Assembly (NCBI GenBank): GCA_003167555.1
Contig: PMSN01000029.1
Coordinates: 122,488-186,487, forward strand
Source: Spartobacteria bacterium
GTDB lineage: Bacteria > Verrucomicrobiota > Verrucomicrobiia > Chthoniobacterales > UBA10450
DNA length: 64,000 nucleotides
Direction: 5' to 3'
Shown: in pieces, positions 8,692-17,280 of the stretch
Layout of the letters: each line of letters begins with the position of its first letter
Numbering within the stretch: position 1 is the first letter of the stretch
The notes under the pieces: generated by a model
Told to the model about the DNA's origin: nothing
Database searches by the model: none
What the model saw: the letters and a program-made list of their open reading frames with translations, nothing else
Made by a program: the position numbers and the translations under genes

Positions 8692-11151
8692 TTACTGGAG
8701 CGCGTACACTTCCACGACCGCGATGCCTGTCGTGTTATTAGCGCCGCGCACGATCGCCGTGTAGTTCGCGCCATTCGCGGGCAAGACATAAACGATCGCC
8801 GATTCGGCATCGTTCGTCGGAGGCACGGTCGTGGCGATAATTTCCGCCTGTTGATCGCTGCCCCAGTTATCATTGAAAGCAAGCTGCACGCCGTTCGCAT
8901 CGACTAGCTGCAGTGTCGGATCCAACAGCTTCCCGCCGATATTCAGCGATGGGCCGATCGCGCGAATGATTACCTTCTGCGACGTTGGCCCCAGCACGAT
9001 CGTTCCCGCGATCAACACATTGTCCCCCGTCTGAACGAGTCCCCGCGTGGAAATGTTCGCCAGCTTCGAATCCACGGTCCGATCGAGATCGTAGATTTCC
9101 ACAAGACCGAGGCCGGTGGTGTTATTCGCGCCCCGCACGATCGCGGTGTAAACGGCGCCGTTGGCCGGGAGCGTTGCGACGATGGCTGATTCCAGATCGT
9201 CGGTCGGTGGAATCCCGCTGTCGATTATCGCCTGCTTGTTGGAGGAGAGTTTCCAATCATCGTTCTGATCGAGCAGAACGCCTGAGGAACTCCGAAGCTC
9301 CAGGGTGGGGTCGGCCAGCTTGTCCGGCAACGCGAGGGAAGGGCCAATCGCGCGAATGATGATTTTCTTCGGCGTCGTTCCCGTAATGATGAACCCACCG
9401 ATCATCACATTGTCGCCGGTTTCGACTCGAACACGCGTTGAGATGTTGCCAAGAACGGTAGGGGTCGCCGTGGGTGTCGGGGTCGGGCTCGGTGTAGGTG
9501 TAGGTGTAGGTGTAGGTGTAGGTGTAGGTGTAGCCGTGGGTATAGCTGTAGGTGTCGGCGTTGCAGTAGGTGTCGCTGTAGGTGTGGGTGTAGGTGTTGA
9601 CGCGGCGTTAACGGCGGCCAGGGCATCGATCCGTCCGTAGCCGAAAGAATTGTTCGGAATCTGCGTCGAGGGCGTTCCGCCGCAGGTTTGTGGAGTGACA
9701 TTTACGGCCGGGTTAGCCGTGTTCTGCAAGAGCGTCTTGGTCGCCGAGATATCGCGCACCAACTGCGGCCGCGCCGACCAAAGCAACGCCACCACTCCGG
9801 CGACGTGCGGTGCCGCCATCGACGTCCCGCTCAGGACGGCATAGCTGCCGTCGCTCCCACCCGCGCTCGACCGGACGCTCACTCCGGGCGCCGATACGTT
9901 CGGCTTGAGCAGACTGGGATTGTAGTAGGTGCTGGGGCCGCGGCTGCTGAAGTTCGCCAGCGCGTTATTGATATCGATCGCCCCGATCGAAAAAGAGGCG
10001 CTATAGGTTGCGGGCGGGTCCGACACCGTCGAGCAGCCAGGTCCCGCATTGCCCGCCGAGGCCTCGACAAAAATACCCGCTGCTTCCGTGTTGTTAACGA
10101 TCGTTTCCAACTCGGCGCCAGTGTTACAACCTTCGCTGGCAGGACACGTCCACGAGTTATTCAGGATGTGCGGACGCAACGCCGGGTTCGGGTTGTTCCC
10201 ATTGAGATCGGTCGGCGCGATCATGAATTGAAAGCATTCGGTGTAGGTGGCTGGAGTGCCATTGCCTTCATCCATATTCCGGCAGGCGATCCATCTCGCG
10301 CCAGGAGCGACTCCGATTTGGTTGCCAGAGCCATCGTCGCCGACCGTGGTCCCCGCGGTGTGCGTTCCGTGGCCGCTGTCATCGCAGGGCGCGAGCGTAT
10401 CGGGACCGCAGGAGCCGCCGCCGGAGTGAATGGCATCGTGCCAATTGAAATTGTGATCGGCGCTCACACCGTTCCAGCCGCGATACTTCGCCTTCAACGC
10501 GTCATGCGTCCAGAGCGTGCCGGTATCGAGATCACCGATGACGATGCCCGTGCCATTGAAACCCATGGCCCAGACGGCGGGAGCGTTCACGTTAGCTACG
10601 CCCCACTCCACGGTGTTCGGAGCGGCGGGGCTGGTAGAAGCGAGTCCTTGCTTGGCAATCTCAGGATCTTCGATCCAGCGGGCCGGATTGTTTGAATCAA
10701 TCCGCGCCACATCAGGCCGGGCCGCGAGCGTCTCCACGACGGAGCGATCGGCCGTGGTGACGATCATGTTAGCCGCCCAGAATGATTGATAGCTAATGCC
10801 TCGACTTTCAAGGAGAGCGCGCAGGCCGGCCTGGCTGCGGGCAGCATGTTGAGTAAGAGTGTTGTAGACAAACCAGCCACGAGCATCCTGGTCCTTTATT
10901 CCATAGGCCGCGCTGACATCGGCCTGATCCGCGAGAAGAATCACCACGGAAGCATTCTCGCCGTCGGCTGTATCGGCCAACACTTGCGGCGCGATCTTAG
11001 TGCCAATCCCAAGAGGCGTCACTCCCGCCACGGATAACAGGGCAAACCCAACTATCGCCAGCAGCACGCCAAGCGAGCAAAGAACAAAACCTAATAGGAC
11101 ACGCGGGCTAACGAAGCCGGACAGAGCGGAGTGATTTTCTTTCTGGAACAA
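8692..11151 (-). CDS. secreted subtilisin-family (S8) serine protease with PT linker and C-terminal tandem NISTR module
   Basis: Catalytic triad motifs VIGDLDTG, HGTHTAGT and SGTSMAAPHVAG are present, followed by a (T/P)-rich linker and two module copies (about 8695-9456). TTG start at 11151 has GAGG 5 nt upstream and lies 12 nt after the stop of the upstream gene. Confidence 0.9.
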   Translation of the reverse strand: MFQKENHSALSGFVSPRVLLGFVLCSLGVLLAIVGFALLSVAGVTPLGIGTKIAPQVLADTADGENASVVILLADQADVSAAYGIKDQDARGWFVYNTLTQHAARSQAGLRALLESRGISYQSFWAANMIVTTADRSVVETLAARPDVARIDSNNPARWIEDPEIAKQGLASTSPAAPNTVEWGVANVNAPAVWAMGFNGTGIVIGDLDTGTLWTHDALKAKYRGWNGVSADHNFNWHDAIHSGGGSCGPDTLAPCDDSGHGTHTAGTTVGDDGSGNQIGVAPGARWIACRNMDEGNGTPATYTECFQFMIAPTDLNGNNPNPALRPHILNNSWTCPASEGCNTGAELETIVNNTEAAGIFVEASAGNAGPGCSTVSDPPATYSASFSIGAIDINNALANFSSRGPSTYYNPSLLKPNVSAPGVSVRSSAGGSDGSYAVLSGTSMAAPHVAGVVALLWSARPQLVRDISATKTLLQNTANPAVNVTPQTCGGTPSTQIPNNSFGYGRIDALAAVNAASTPTPTPTATPTATPTPTAIPTATPTPTPTPTPTPTPSPTPTPTATPTVLGNISTRVRVETGDNVMIGGFIITGTTPKKIIIRAIGPSLALPDKLADPTLELRSSSGVLLDQNDDWKLSSNKQAIIDSGIPPTDDLESAIVATLPANGAVYTAIVRGANNTTGLGLVEIYDLDRTVDSKLANISTRGLVQTGDNVLIAGTIVLGPTSQKVIIRAIGPSLNIGGKLLDPTLQLVDANGVQLAFNDNWGSDQQAEIIATTVPPTNDAESAIVYVLPANGANYTAIVRGANNTTGIAVVEVYALQ

Positions 11152-11163
11152 TTTCGCCTCGGA

Positions 11164-12906
11164 TCATTGGAGCGCGTACATCTCGATTACCGCAATGCCC
11201 GTCGTGTTATTCACGCCGCGGACGATCGCGGTGTAGTTCGCGGGAGTGAGCGTGCGCACGATTGCCGATTCCGCGTTATTCGGCGGCGGAATGGTGCTGT
11301 CGATGATCGCTTGTTTGTTCGGGCTATCGACCCAGTTATCATTCGCTTCCAGCAAGGCTCCGTTTTCGTCGTGCAGTTCCAGCGTGGGATCGGCCATCGC
11401 TCCGGGGACGCCGGTGGAAGGACCGAGTGCGCGGATAATTACTTTTTGCGAAGCCTGTCCTACTACGATCGTGCCCGCGAACAAGACATTATCTCCCGTC
11501 TGGACCAAACCGCGGGTGGAAATGTTAGCCAGCTTTGAGTTAGCGGAGGTATCCAGGTCGTACGCTTCTACTACTCCTATCCCAGTCCCGTTGTTCACTC
11601 CACGCTCAATCGCGGTATAGTTACCAGGCGGCACACTCCTCACGATGGCTGATTCCGCGTTATTCGGTGGCGGGATCGTGCTGTCGATGATCGCTTGTTT
11701 GTTCGGACTATCCACCCAGTTATCATTCGATTCCAGGAGCGCGCCGGACGCATCGTGCAGTTCAAGAGTCGGATCCGCCAGTTTATCCGCAACGGTTAAC
11801 GAGGGGCCGATAGCGCGAACGATGACTTTCTTCTGCGCCGTTCCGGTAACGATAAAGCCGGCAATCAAAACATTGTCACCGGTCCCCACTCGCAATCGAG
11901 TGGAAATGTTTGCCAGGACGGTGGGCGTCGTGGCTCCGGCCGTGTTGTAGTCGATCTTGGCGTTAAGAAGGCCTGCCACAGTTGCCGTAGCCTGCCTGGA
12001 GGCAACTCCACCGCCGCTGAACATTACGGGAAAAGAACCGTTGCCTGGCACAGGCACGGAATAACCACCGGACGAACTGCTCACCGCAAAGAAATTCGAG
12101 CCGGTAACATCCACCCGCACTCCGCCGACGCCTTCACCCGGATCGTAGAATCCATTGCCATTCGCGTCGTTGTAAACAACGCCGGTGATGAAAGGCGTCG
12201 AGTTAGTCTGCGTCCCGAAATTCTGGACGATGTAGAGCGAGTCCCAGGTGCCACCCGGTTGACCTGGGTTAGTCTCGTTATCGGTCCCGACCGAGATACC
12301 TATTCCGATTTCGCGGAAGAACGCGAGCATAGTGGTCTCGCGATGGCCGCGGCCCTGCGTAGTCTGGTCGGTGAAAAGTCCGTTGTGAGCATCCAGGACG
12401 CCCTGAATCAACTTCGCCCCGCTGAATGGCCCGCTACCCTGACTCTCGGCCTCCGCGACGTTCTCGGGACCGGGGAAAAATCCGGTGGCTGTCGTAGGCC
12501 CGGTATAATTGGCGGCTGAATAACCGGCCGCCGCAATGCGCTGCTGCGGCGTCATCCCGCCGTAGGTATGCGGCGAGACTCCCAGAAAAAATTGGTCCCC
12601 ATTATTGAGGTTTGTCGCCTGATTTTGCGCGCAATTAAAGAGGTTCACATTCCACGAGAGAGGCTGGACCGTATTGGCGATCGTCCACGCTTCGCCGTTA
12701 ACGGTCGGCGGCCCTTCCTGAAGCCCGCTCAATCCCAAACGCGTCGCTTCCGCGCCGCCATTGGCCCGGGCGCGGTTGATCAGCTCGACCATGTATTGCT
12801 GTTCATTGGTCGGACTGCCGATGGAATATTGGGTCTGCGCCCCGGCCCGCGAAAGAGCGCCCGAAGCTGCGACAAGAAAAATGATGAGACCGTTGGATAC
12901 GCGCAT
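11164..12906 (-). CDS. secreted CAP/SCP-domain protein with C-terminal tandem NISTR module
   Basis: ATG at 12906 gives the signal peptide MRVSNGLIIFLVAASGALSRAGAQ. The CAP-like region is MVELINRARANGG...HTYGGMTPQQRIAAAGY. It is followed by an SdrD-B/CarboxypepD_reg-like segment (YNDANGNGFYDPGEGVGGVRV) and two module copies (about 11167-11917). Confidence 0.7.
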   Translation of the reverse strand: MRVSNGLIIFLVAASGALSRAGAQTQYSIGSPTNEQQYMVELINRARANGGAEATRLGLSGLQEGPPTVNGEAWTIANTVQPLSWNVNLFNCAQNQATNLNNGDQFFLGVSPHTYGGMTPQQRIAAAGYSAANYTGPTTATGFFPGPENVAEAESQGSGPFSGAKLIQGVLDAHNGLFTDQTTQGRGHRETTMLAFFREIGIGISVGTDNETNPGQPGGTWDSLYIVQNFGTQTNSTPFITGVVYNDANGNGFYDPGEGVGGVRVDVTGSNFFAVSSSSGGYSVPVPGNGSFPVMFSGGGVASRQATATVAGLLNAKIDYNTAGATTPTVLANISTRLRVGTGDNVLIAGFIVTGTAQKKVIVRAIGPSLTVADKLADPTLELHDASGALLESNDNWVDSPNKQAIIDSTIPPPNNAESAIVRSVPPGNYTAIERGVNNGTGIGVVEAYDLDTSANSKLANISTRGLVQTGDNVLFAGTIVVGQASQKVIIRALGPSTGVPGAMADPTLELHDENGALLEANDNWVDSPNKQAIIDSTIPPPNNAESAIVRTLTPANYTAIVRGVNNTTGIAVIEMYALQ

Positions 12907-12952
12907 GGCCGGAAAATGCACTTCTTCTGCGCCAAGGGAAAGCCGAAAAACT

Positions 12953-13831
12953 TTACCTCACAGATTCCCGCACATACTCCGCCACCGCATCGCGCCACGA
13001 CCTGGGCGTGACACCCGTAAGACCGCGATACTTCTCGGTCCCGAGCACGGAACAAACCGGCCGTTTCGCGATGAAGCTCTTCATCTCTTCGAGCCTGGTC
13101 GCGCCGACGTCGCGCGCTTTCATTGGAATCCCTTCCGCGCGACAACAATCGAGAGCCCACTGCGCGTATTCCTGCCAGCTGCATTCGCCGCCATTCGCCA
13201 GATGCAACAGACCGGTCGCGTTCGCCTCGGCAAAGAGCGGCTTGAGTAGTTGGGCAAGGTCAAGCGTGTACGTCGGCGTGGCCACCTTGTCGCTGATCGC
13301 CTTCACTTCCTCGTGTTCACGCGCCTGCTTCATGGCCCAATCAATAAAGCTCGGCCGGTCCGGACCGAAGACCCACGAGACACGAACGATCAAGGCGCGA
13401 TCGTTCGCCGCCAGCGCGAGCCGCTCCCCTTCCCGCTTCGATGCGCCGTAAACGCTAATGGGCCGCGCCTCATCTTCTTCCGTATAAGGCTCGCGCTTTT
13501 CGCCATCGAACACGTAGTCGGTGCTGATATGAATGAACCGGGCTCCCTTTGCACGACAGATTTCAGCGAGCACGCGCGGAGCCTCGGCGTTGAGCGCGAA
13601 GGCTTCTTCACGCTCCGTCTCGCAACGATCCACGTTGGTTTGCGCCGCGGTATTGATCAGGACATCGAACTCGATCGCAGCCAGTCGCTGCCGCATTTGT
13701 TCCGGTTGCCCAAGATCGAGCTGCGCGTGATTGAATCCAACGACGTCATAATCGTCTGCGTACTCCCGCGCCAGGGCCGCGCCAAGACGACCACCGGCTC
13801 CGACAATGACTATACGCCGCTTCGTTTGCAT
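12953..13831 (-). CDS. rfbD: dTDP-4-dehydrorhamnose reductase
   Basis: IVIVGAGGRLG Rossmann start, then INTAAQTNVDRCE, HISTDYVFDG and VYGASKREGE. This is a full-length RmlD pattern. Confidence 0.9.
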   Translation of the reverse strand: MQTKRRIVIVGAGGRLGAALAREYADDYDVVGFNHAQLDLGQPEQMRQRLAAIEFDVLINTAAQTNVDRCETEREEAFALNAEAPRVLAEICRAKGARFIHISTDYVFDGEKREPYTEEDEARPISVYGASKREGERLALAANDRALIVRVSWVFGPDRPSFIDWAMKQAREHEEVKAISDKVATPTYTLDLAQLLKPLFAEANATGLLHLANGGECSWQEYAQWALDCCRAEGIPMKARDVGATRLEEMKSFIAKRPVCSVLGTEKYRGLTGVTPRSWRDAVAEYVRESVR

Positions 13832-13910
13832 CGAATAGGTTTCAAAAAGAATAGAGCACGGTCAAGCCGTGGTTCCCAGTCGAAGACGTCGAAATGCGTT
13901 TGCCTGCATT

Positions 13911-13990
13911 GGTAGGGCGACGCTCTGCGGAGCCGCTGACGGATCACACCTCTTGGCAGCTCGATCCGCCTCAAGCGGACTCGCCTTACC
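13911..13990. repeat. REP-like element (ggtagggcga...tcgccttacc) 3' of the 14008 gene
   Basis: ggtagggcgacgctctgcgg at 13911 and gcggactcgccttacc at 13975-13990 form an imperfect inverted pair. Related elements occur at 17220-17279 and 24902-24968, each ending within about 20 nt of (and 3' to) a module-gene stop codon. Confidence 0.5.
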
Positions 13991-14007
13991 AGCGAGGTAG
14001 GACTCCA

Positions 14008-17004
14008 TTATTGCAGCGCGTAAACTTCCACCACCGCGATGCCGGTGGTGTTATTCGCGCCGCGAACAATCGCGGTGTAGTTGGCTGGAGTTAATATCCG
14101 CACGATCGCCGATTCCGCGTTATTCGGCGGAGGGATCGTGCTGTCGATGATAGCTTGCTTGTTCGGGCTATCCATCCAGTTGTCGTTCGCTTCCAGCAAG
14201 GCGCCGTTTCCATCGCGCAGTTCCAGGGTGGGATCGGCCATCGCTCCGGGGACGCCGGTGGAAGGACCGAGCGCGCGGACAATGACCTTTTGCGAACCTT
14301 GCCCTACCACGATCGTGCCGGCGAACAGGACATTGTCTCCCGTCTGGACCAGGCCGCGGGTGGAAATGTTAGCCAGCTTTGAGTTAGCGGAGGTATCCAG
14401 GTCGTACGCTTCCACTACTCCGATCCCAGTCCCATTGTTCACGCCACGCTCAATCGCGGTGTAGTTGCCGGGGGCCACACTTCTCACGATGGCTGATTCC
14501 AGCGGGTCATTCGGTGGAATCGTGCTATCGATGATGGCTTGCTTGTTCGGGCTATCCATCCAGTTGTCGTTCGTTTCCAGGAGCGCGCCGGAGGAATCGT
14601 GCAGTTCAAGGATTGGATCGGCCAGTTTATCGGCAAAAGGCAACGAAGGCCCGATCGCGCGCACAATGATCTTCTTCGGCTGCGTGCCAGTGACAATGAA
14701 GCCGCCGATGAGGACATTGTCACCCGTCTCCACACGAAGGCGCGTCGAAATGTTGGCCAGCGTCGGTGGAACGAGACCGTTGAATTCGAACGCGCCGATG
14801 TCGCTCACTCCAGAACGGAAATAGCCACGCTGATCTGTCGGCGGCGCAAGCGCGTTATCCCCGTTGTCTCTCGCAGTACTTGCGCTCAGGATCGCATGCG
14901 TGTCAGTGGGACCGCCGTTATTCTTCAACGCGTCGAGTTGCGCATTCTTTAGCGAGCTGGAGGTTCCCACCTGATCCCCGTTCACGTTGTTGGCAAGGCC
15001 GCTGCTGAACCCGACGTTGCCGATGAAGTTGTGGCCATCGGAGCTAAAATTGCCGCGCAGATCCGGGTTCGTGGTAGCGGTATTGCCGGCGATGATTGTG
15101 TTTCCAAGGTTATACTGCCCGGAATTGCCTACCGCATAGAAGCCGCCCCCGCCGTCGCCGGTGGCCGTACCAGCGTCGCTCGCGGCACAGAGGGTGATCG
15201 TGCAATTGCGGAGGCTCACTTTGCTCGCGTTGTTGCTGAAAGCCGAATAGATGCCGCCGCCCTGGATGGCACTGTCGCCTGAAAATGTGCAATTAGTCGC
15301 CGCGAGGATTCCTTCGTTAGAAATACCGCCACCGACACGGCCTGCGCTGCTGCCACTCACCGTGCAGCGCGTCAGCATGAGCGAGGCGCCCAGTGCGTTG
15401 TAGACGCCGCCACCGTTGCCAGTGGTGGTAGTCGTGCCTGTCGCGCTACTGTTGGTAATTGTGCAATCAGTCAGCGTGAGGCTACCGGTGTTGGAAATGG
15501 CGCCACCTTGATCATTCGTGGCCTTGCCGTTCACGATCGACAACCCGGAAATGTTTACCTTTGCACCGAGAACCCGAAAAACGCGGGCGGATGTCCTACC
15601 GGTGATGGTAAGGACCCGGGCGCCTGGACCATTGATCGTTATAGCCTCGCTGATCGCCAGGCCGGTGGGAGTCAGGTTTGCTGTACCGATCGCGCCCCTA
15701 AGGCCAGGTATGAAATTGATCGTCATCGGGCCCGTTGAGGCATTCGCCACCAAGAAATTCTCTGCGTTGATTGCCTCCAGCAGCGTGCAATCGTCAACCG
15801 TGCAGTTGCCATCATCATGCTCGTCCGTGTTCGTGACGGTTAAGGTTGTGCCGGACTGCGGGAACTGCTGAAGGCCCACCTCCACCGCGCCGATGTCGCT
15901 GCCGTCGCCGGCATTGATAATTCCCGGTTGGTCGACGGGACGTGGCTGACCGCGCTGGTCGTTAGTGATACCGCCGCTGTTGCCTTGGTCGATGACGAGG
16001 CTGCCGGAAAGCGGCCTCCTTGTTTGCGTGGGTCCGCCGTTGTCCTGGATCGGGCCGAGACTTGGATTTGCCGGCATAGCGGTCGTGCCCACTTGATCGT
16101 GCGAACCACCGTTTCCGAAACCAGTCGCCTGGTTATTGAAGACGCCGATGAAGTTGAATCCGTCCGAGATAAAAGTCCCAAAGACGTCCACGCTGGTCGC
16201 GCCGCTGGTCGCGGTATTTCCGGCGATGACCGTATTACGAATGTGAGAGTTTGCGGAGGAGTTGATTCCGCCAGCCTGCAACGTAGCGATGTTCCCCGTG
16301 ATCGTGCTGTTCGTCACCGTAAGCGCGGCGCCATTTTGATAAATACCACCCCCGTCCCGACTATTGGAGCTATTGCCGACGAGAGTGCAGTTGTTCACCG
16401 TGACCGCCGCCCCAAAGTTACAAATTCCCCCGCCATAGCCCGCGGTATTCGCGCGGAGCGTGCAGTTGACCAGAACAGCGGAGCCGGCCGCATTGTAGAA
16501 GCCTCCGCCAAAGCTGGACCCGTCATTGTTCTGGAGCGTGCAATCGCGCACTGTCACCACGCCGGAATTTCTGATCCCACCGCCGGCCAGACCATCGGGC
16601 GCGGCGCCGTTCCCATTCGCAATCGTAATTCCGGCGATGGTCACGCCGCTGCTGGTGACGTGGAAGATGCGGAAGTTCGGCGTGCCGCCGGCCGCGCTCC
16701 GCTGCACCACGATCTTCTGCCCGCCACCATCGATCGTGAGGGCCTGCGCGATCAGCAACTGATCGCTCGTTAGGGTAATGGTGAAGACGCCGGTCGCCGC
16801 ATTATAACCAGAATCCGTCGTCGGAATCTGGAAGACGATCGTGTCCCCAGGGATCGCATCCTGAATCGCCTGGCGCAGGGAGCCAGCGAGGCTGTCCGTG
16901 GTTTTGGTGACAGGGACCGATGCAGCGTGAGCAGATGCGTTCATCAGCACGGCTGCTATGATCGTGGCAAAATAAAGATGCTGCTTGCGGAACGTCGTTT
17001 TCAT
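14008..17004 (-). CDS. secreted CSLREA-motif / right-handed beta-helix repeat protein with C-terminal tandem NISTR module
   Basis: ATG at 17004 gives MKTTFRKQHLYFATIIAAVLMNASAHA. There are two CSLREA-like units (GSLRQAIQDAIPGDTIVF; DDCTLLEAINAENF), each followed by GGGI.N...T..NCT beta-helix repeats and NNGGPT.T motifs. Two module copies sit at about 14011-14760. Confidence 0.85.
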   Translation of the reverse strand: MKTTFRKQHLYFATIIAAVLMNASAHAASVPVTKTTDSLAGSLRQAIQDAIPGDTIVFQIPTTDSGYNAATGVFTITLTSDQLLIAQALTIDGGGQKIVVQRSAAGGTPNFRIFHVTSSGVTIAGITIANGNGAAPDGLAGGGIRNSGVVTVRDCTLQNNDGSSFGGGFYNAAGSAVLVNCTLRANTAGYGGGICNFGAAVTVNNCTLVGNSSNSRDGGGIYQNGAALTVTNSTITGNIATLQAGGINSSANSHIRNTVIAGNTATSGATSVDVFGTFISDGFNFIGVFNNQATGFGNGGSHDQVGTTAMPANPSLGPIQDNGGPTQTRRPLSGSLVIDQGNSGGITNDQRGQPRPVDQPGIINAGDGSDIGAVEVGLQQFPQSGTTLTVTNTDEHDDGNCTVDDCTLLEAINAENFLVANASTGPMTINFIPGLRGAIGTANLTPTGLAISEAITINGPGARVLTITGRTSARVFRVLGAKVNISGLSIVNGKATNDQGGAISNTGSLTLTDCTITNSSATGTTTTTGNGGGVYNALGASLMLTRCTVSGSSAGRVGGGISNEGILAATNCTFSGDSAIQGGGIYSAFSNNASKVSLRNCTITLCAASDAGTATGDGGGGFYAVGNSGQYNLGNTIIAGNTATTNPDLRGNFSSDGHNFIGNVGFSSGLANNVNGDQVGTSSSLKNAQLDALKNNGGPTDTHAILSASTARDNGDNALAPPTDQRGYFRSGVSDIGAFEFNGLVPPTLANISTRLRVETGDNVLIGGFIVTGTQPKKIIVRAIGPSLPFADKLADPILELHDSSGALLETNDNWMDSPNKQAIIDSTIPPNDPLESAIVRSVAPGNYTAIERGVNNGTGIGVVEAYDLDTSANSKLANISTRGLVQTGDNVLFAGTIVVGQGSQKVIVRALGPSTGVPGAMADPTLELRDGNGALLEANDNWMDSPNKQAIIDSTIPPPNNAESAIVRILTPANYTAIVRGANNTTGIAVVEVYALQ

Positions 17005-17054
17005 AGGCGGAATCCCTGCACTTTTCCTGCACGAAGAATGAACAGGTGCTGTGC

Positions 17055-17157
17055 TGAAGACCAGCCTTCGCAAGGCTACGGCTCGACAAGCGCCCGACGG
17101 ACTTAGCGCAAGCGCAGCCTCGTCAGGGTCGGCGCCGATGTAAATGCTTTTCTTGCC
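17055..17157 (-). promoter_or_regulatory. conserved 103-nt 5' leader/promoter segment, copy 1 (upstream of the 14008-17004 gene)
   Basis: Differs at 2 of 103 positions from 20351-20453 by manual alignment. It lies 51 nt upstream of the ATG at 17004. Confidence 0.55.
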
Positions 17158-17219
17158 GTGGCGCTGTTCTATTGGAAAGCAACCGCCGAGCTTCTGGAAT
17201 CGATCCGCCTCACGCGATT

Positions 17220-17279
17220 GGTAGGGCGACGCTCTGCGGAGCCGTCGCCTTCGTTGGCTCGACAGAGTCTCGCCCTACC
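17220..17279. repeat. REP-like palindrome directly 3' of the 17281 gene stop; possible terminator
   Basis: ggtagggcga at 17220-17229 is the exact reverse complement of tcgccctacc at 17270-17279. The inner arms gctctgcggagcc / ggctcgacagagtc are partly complementary. Confidence 0.6.
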
Positions 17280-17280
17280 A

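Noticed and set aside
11246-11620. Recurrent plus-strand ORFs of 65-127 aa antisense to every module. Examples are 5799-6296, 11246-11620, 14081-14464, 17378-17575, 20604-20978, 32284-32496, 40814-41197 and 43818-44039, all translating as M(A/S)..ADS.LFGG.VLSMIACLFGLS.QLSF...
   Set aside because: They recur only because the sense-strand module is conserved. They always lie fully inside a much longer minus-strand ORF with clear domain homology, have no independent start or RBS context, and their conservation tracks the module exactly.
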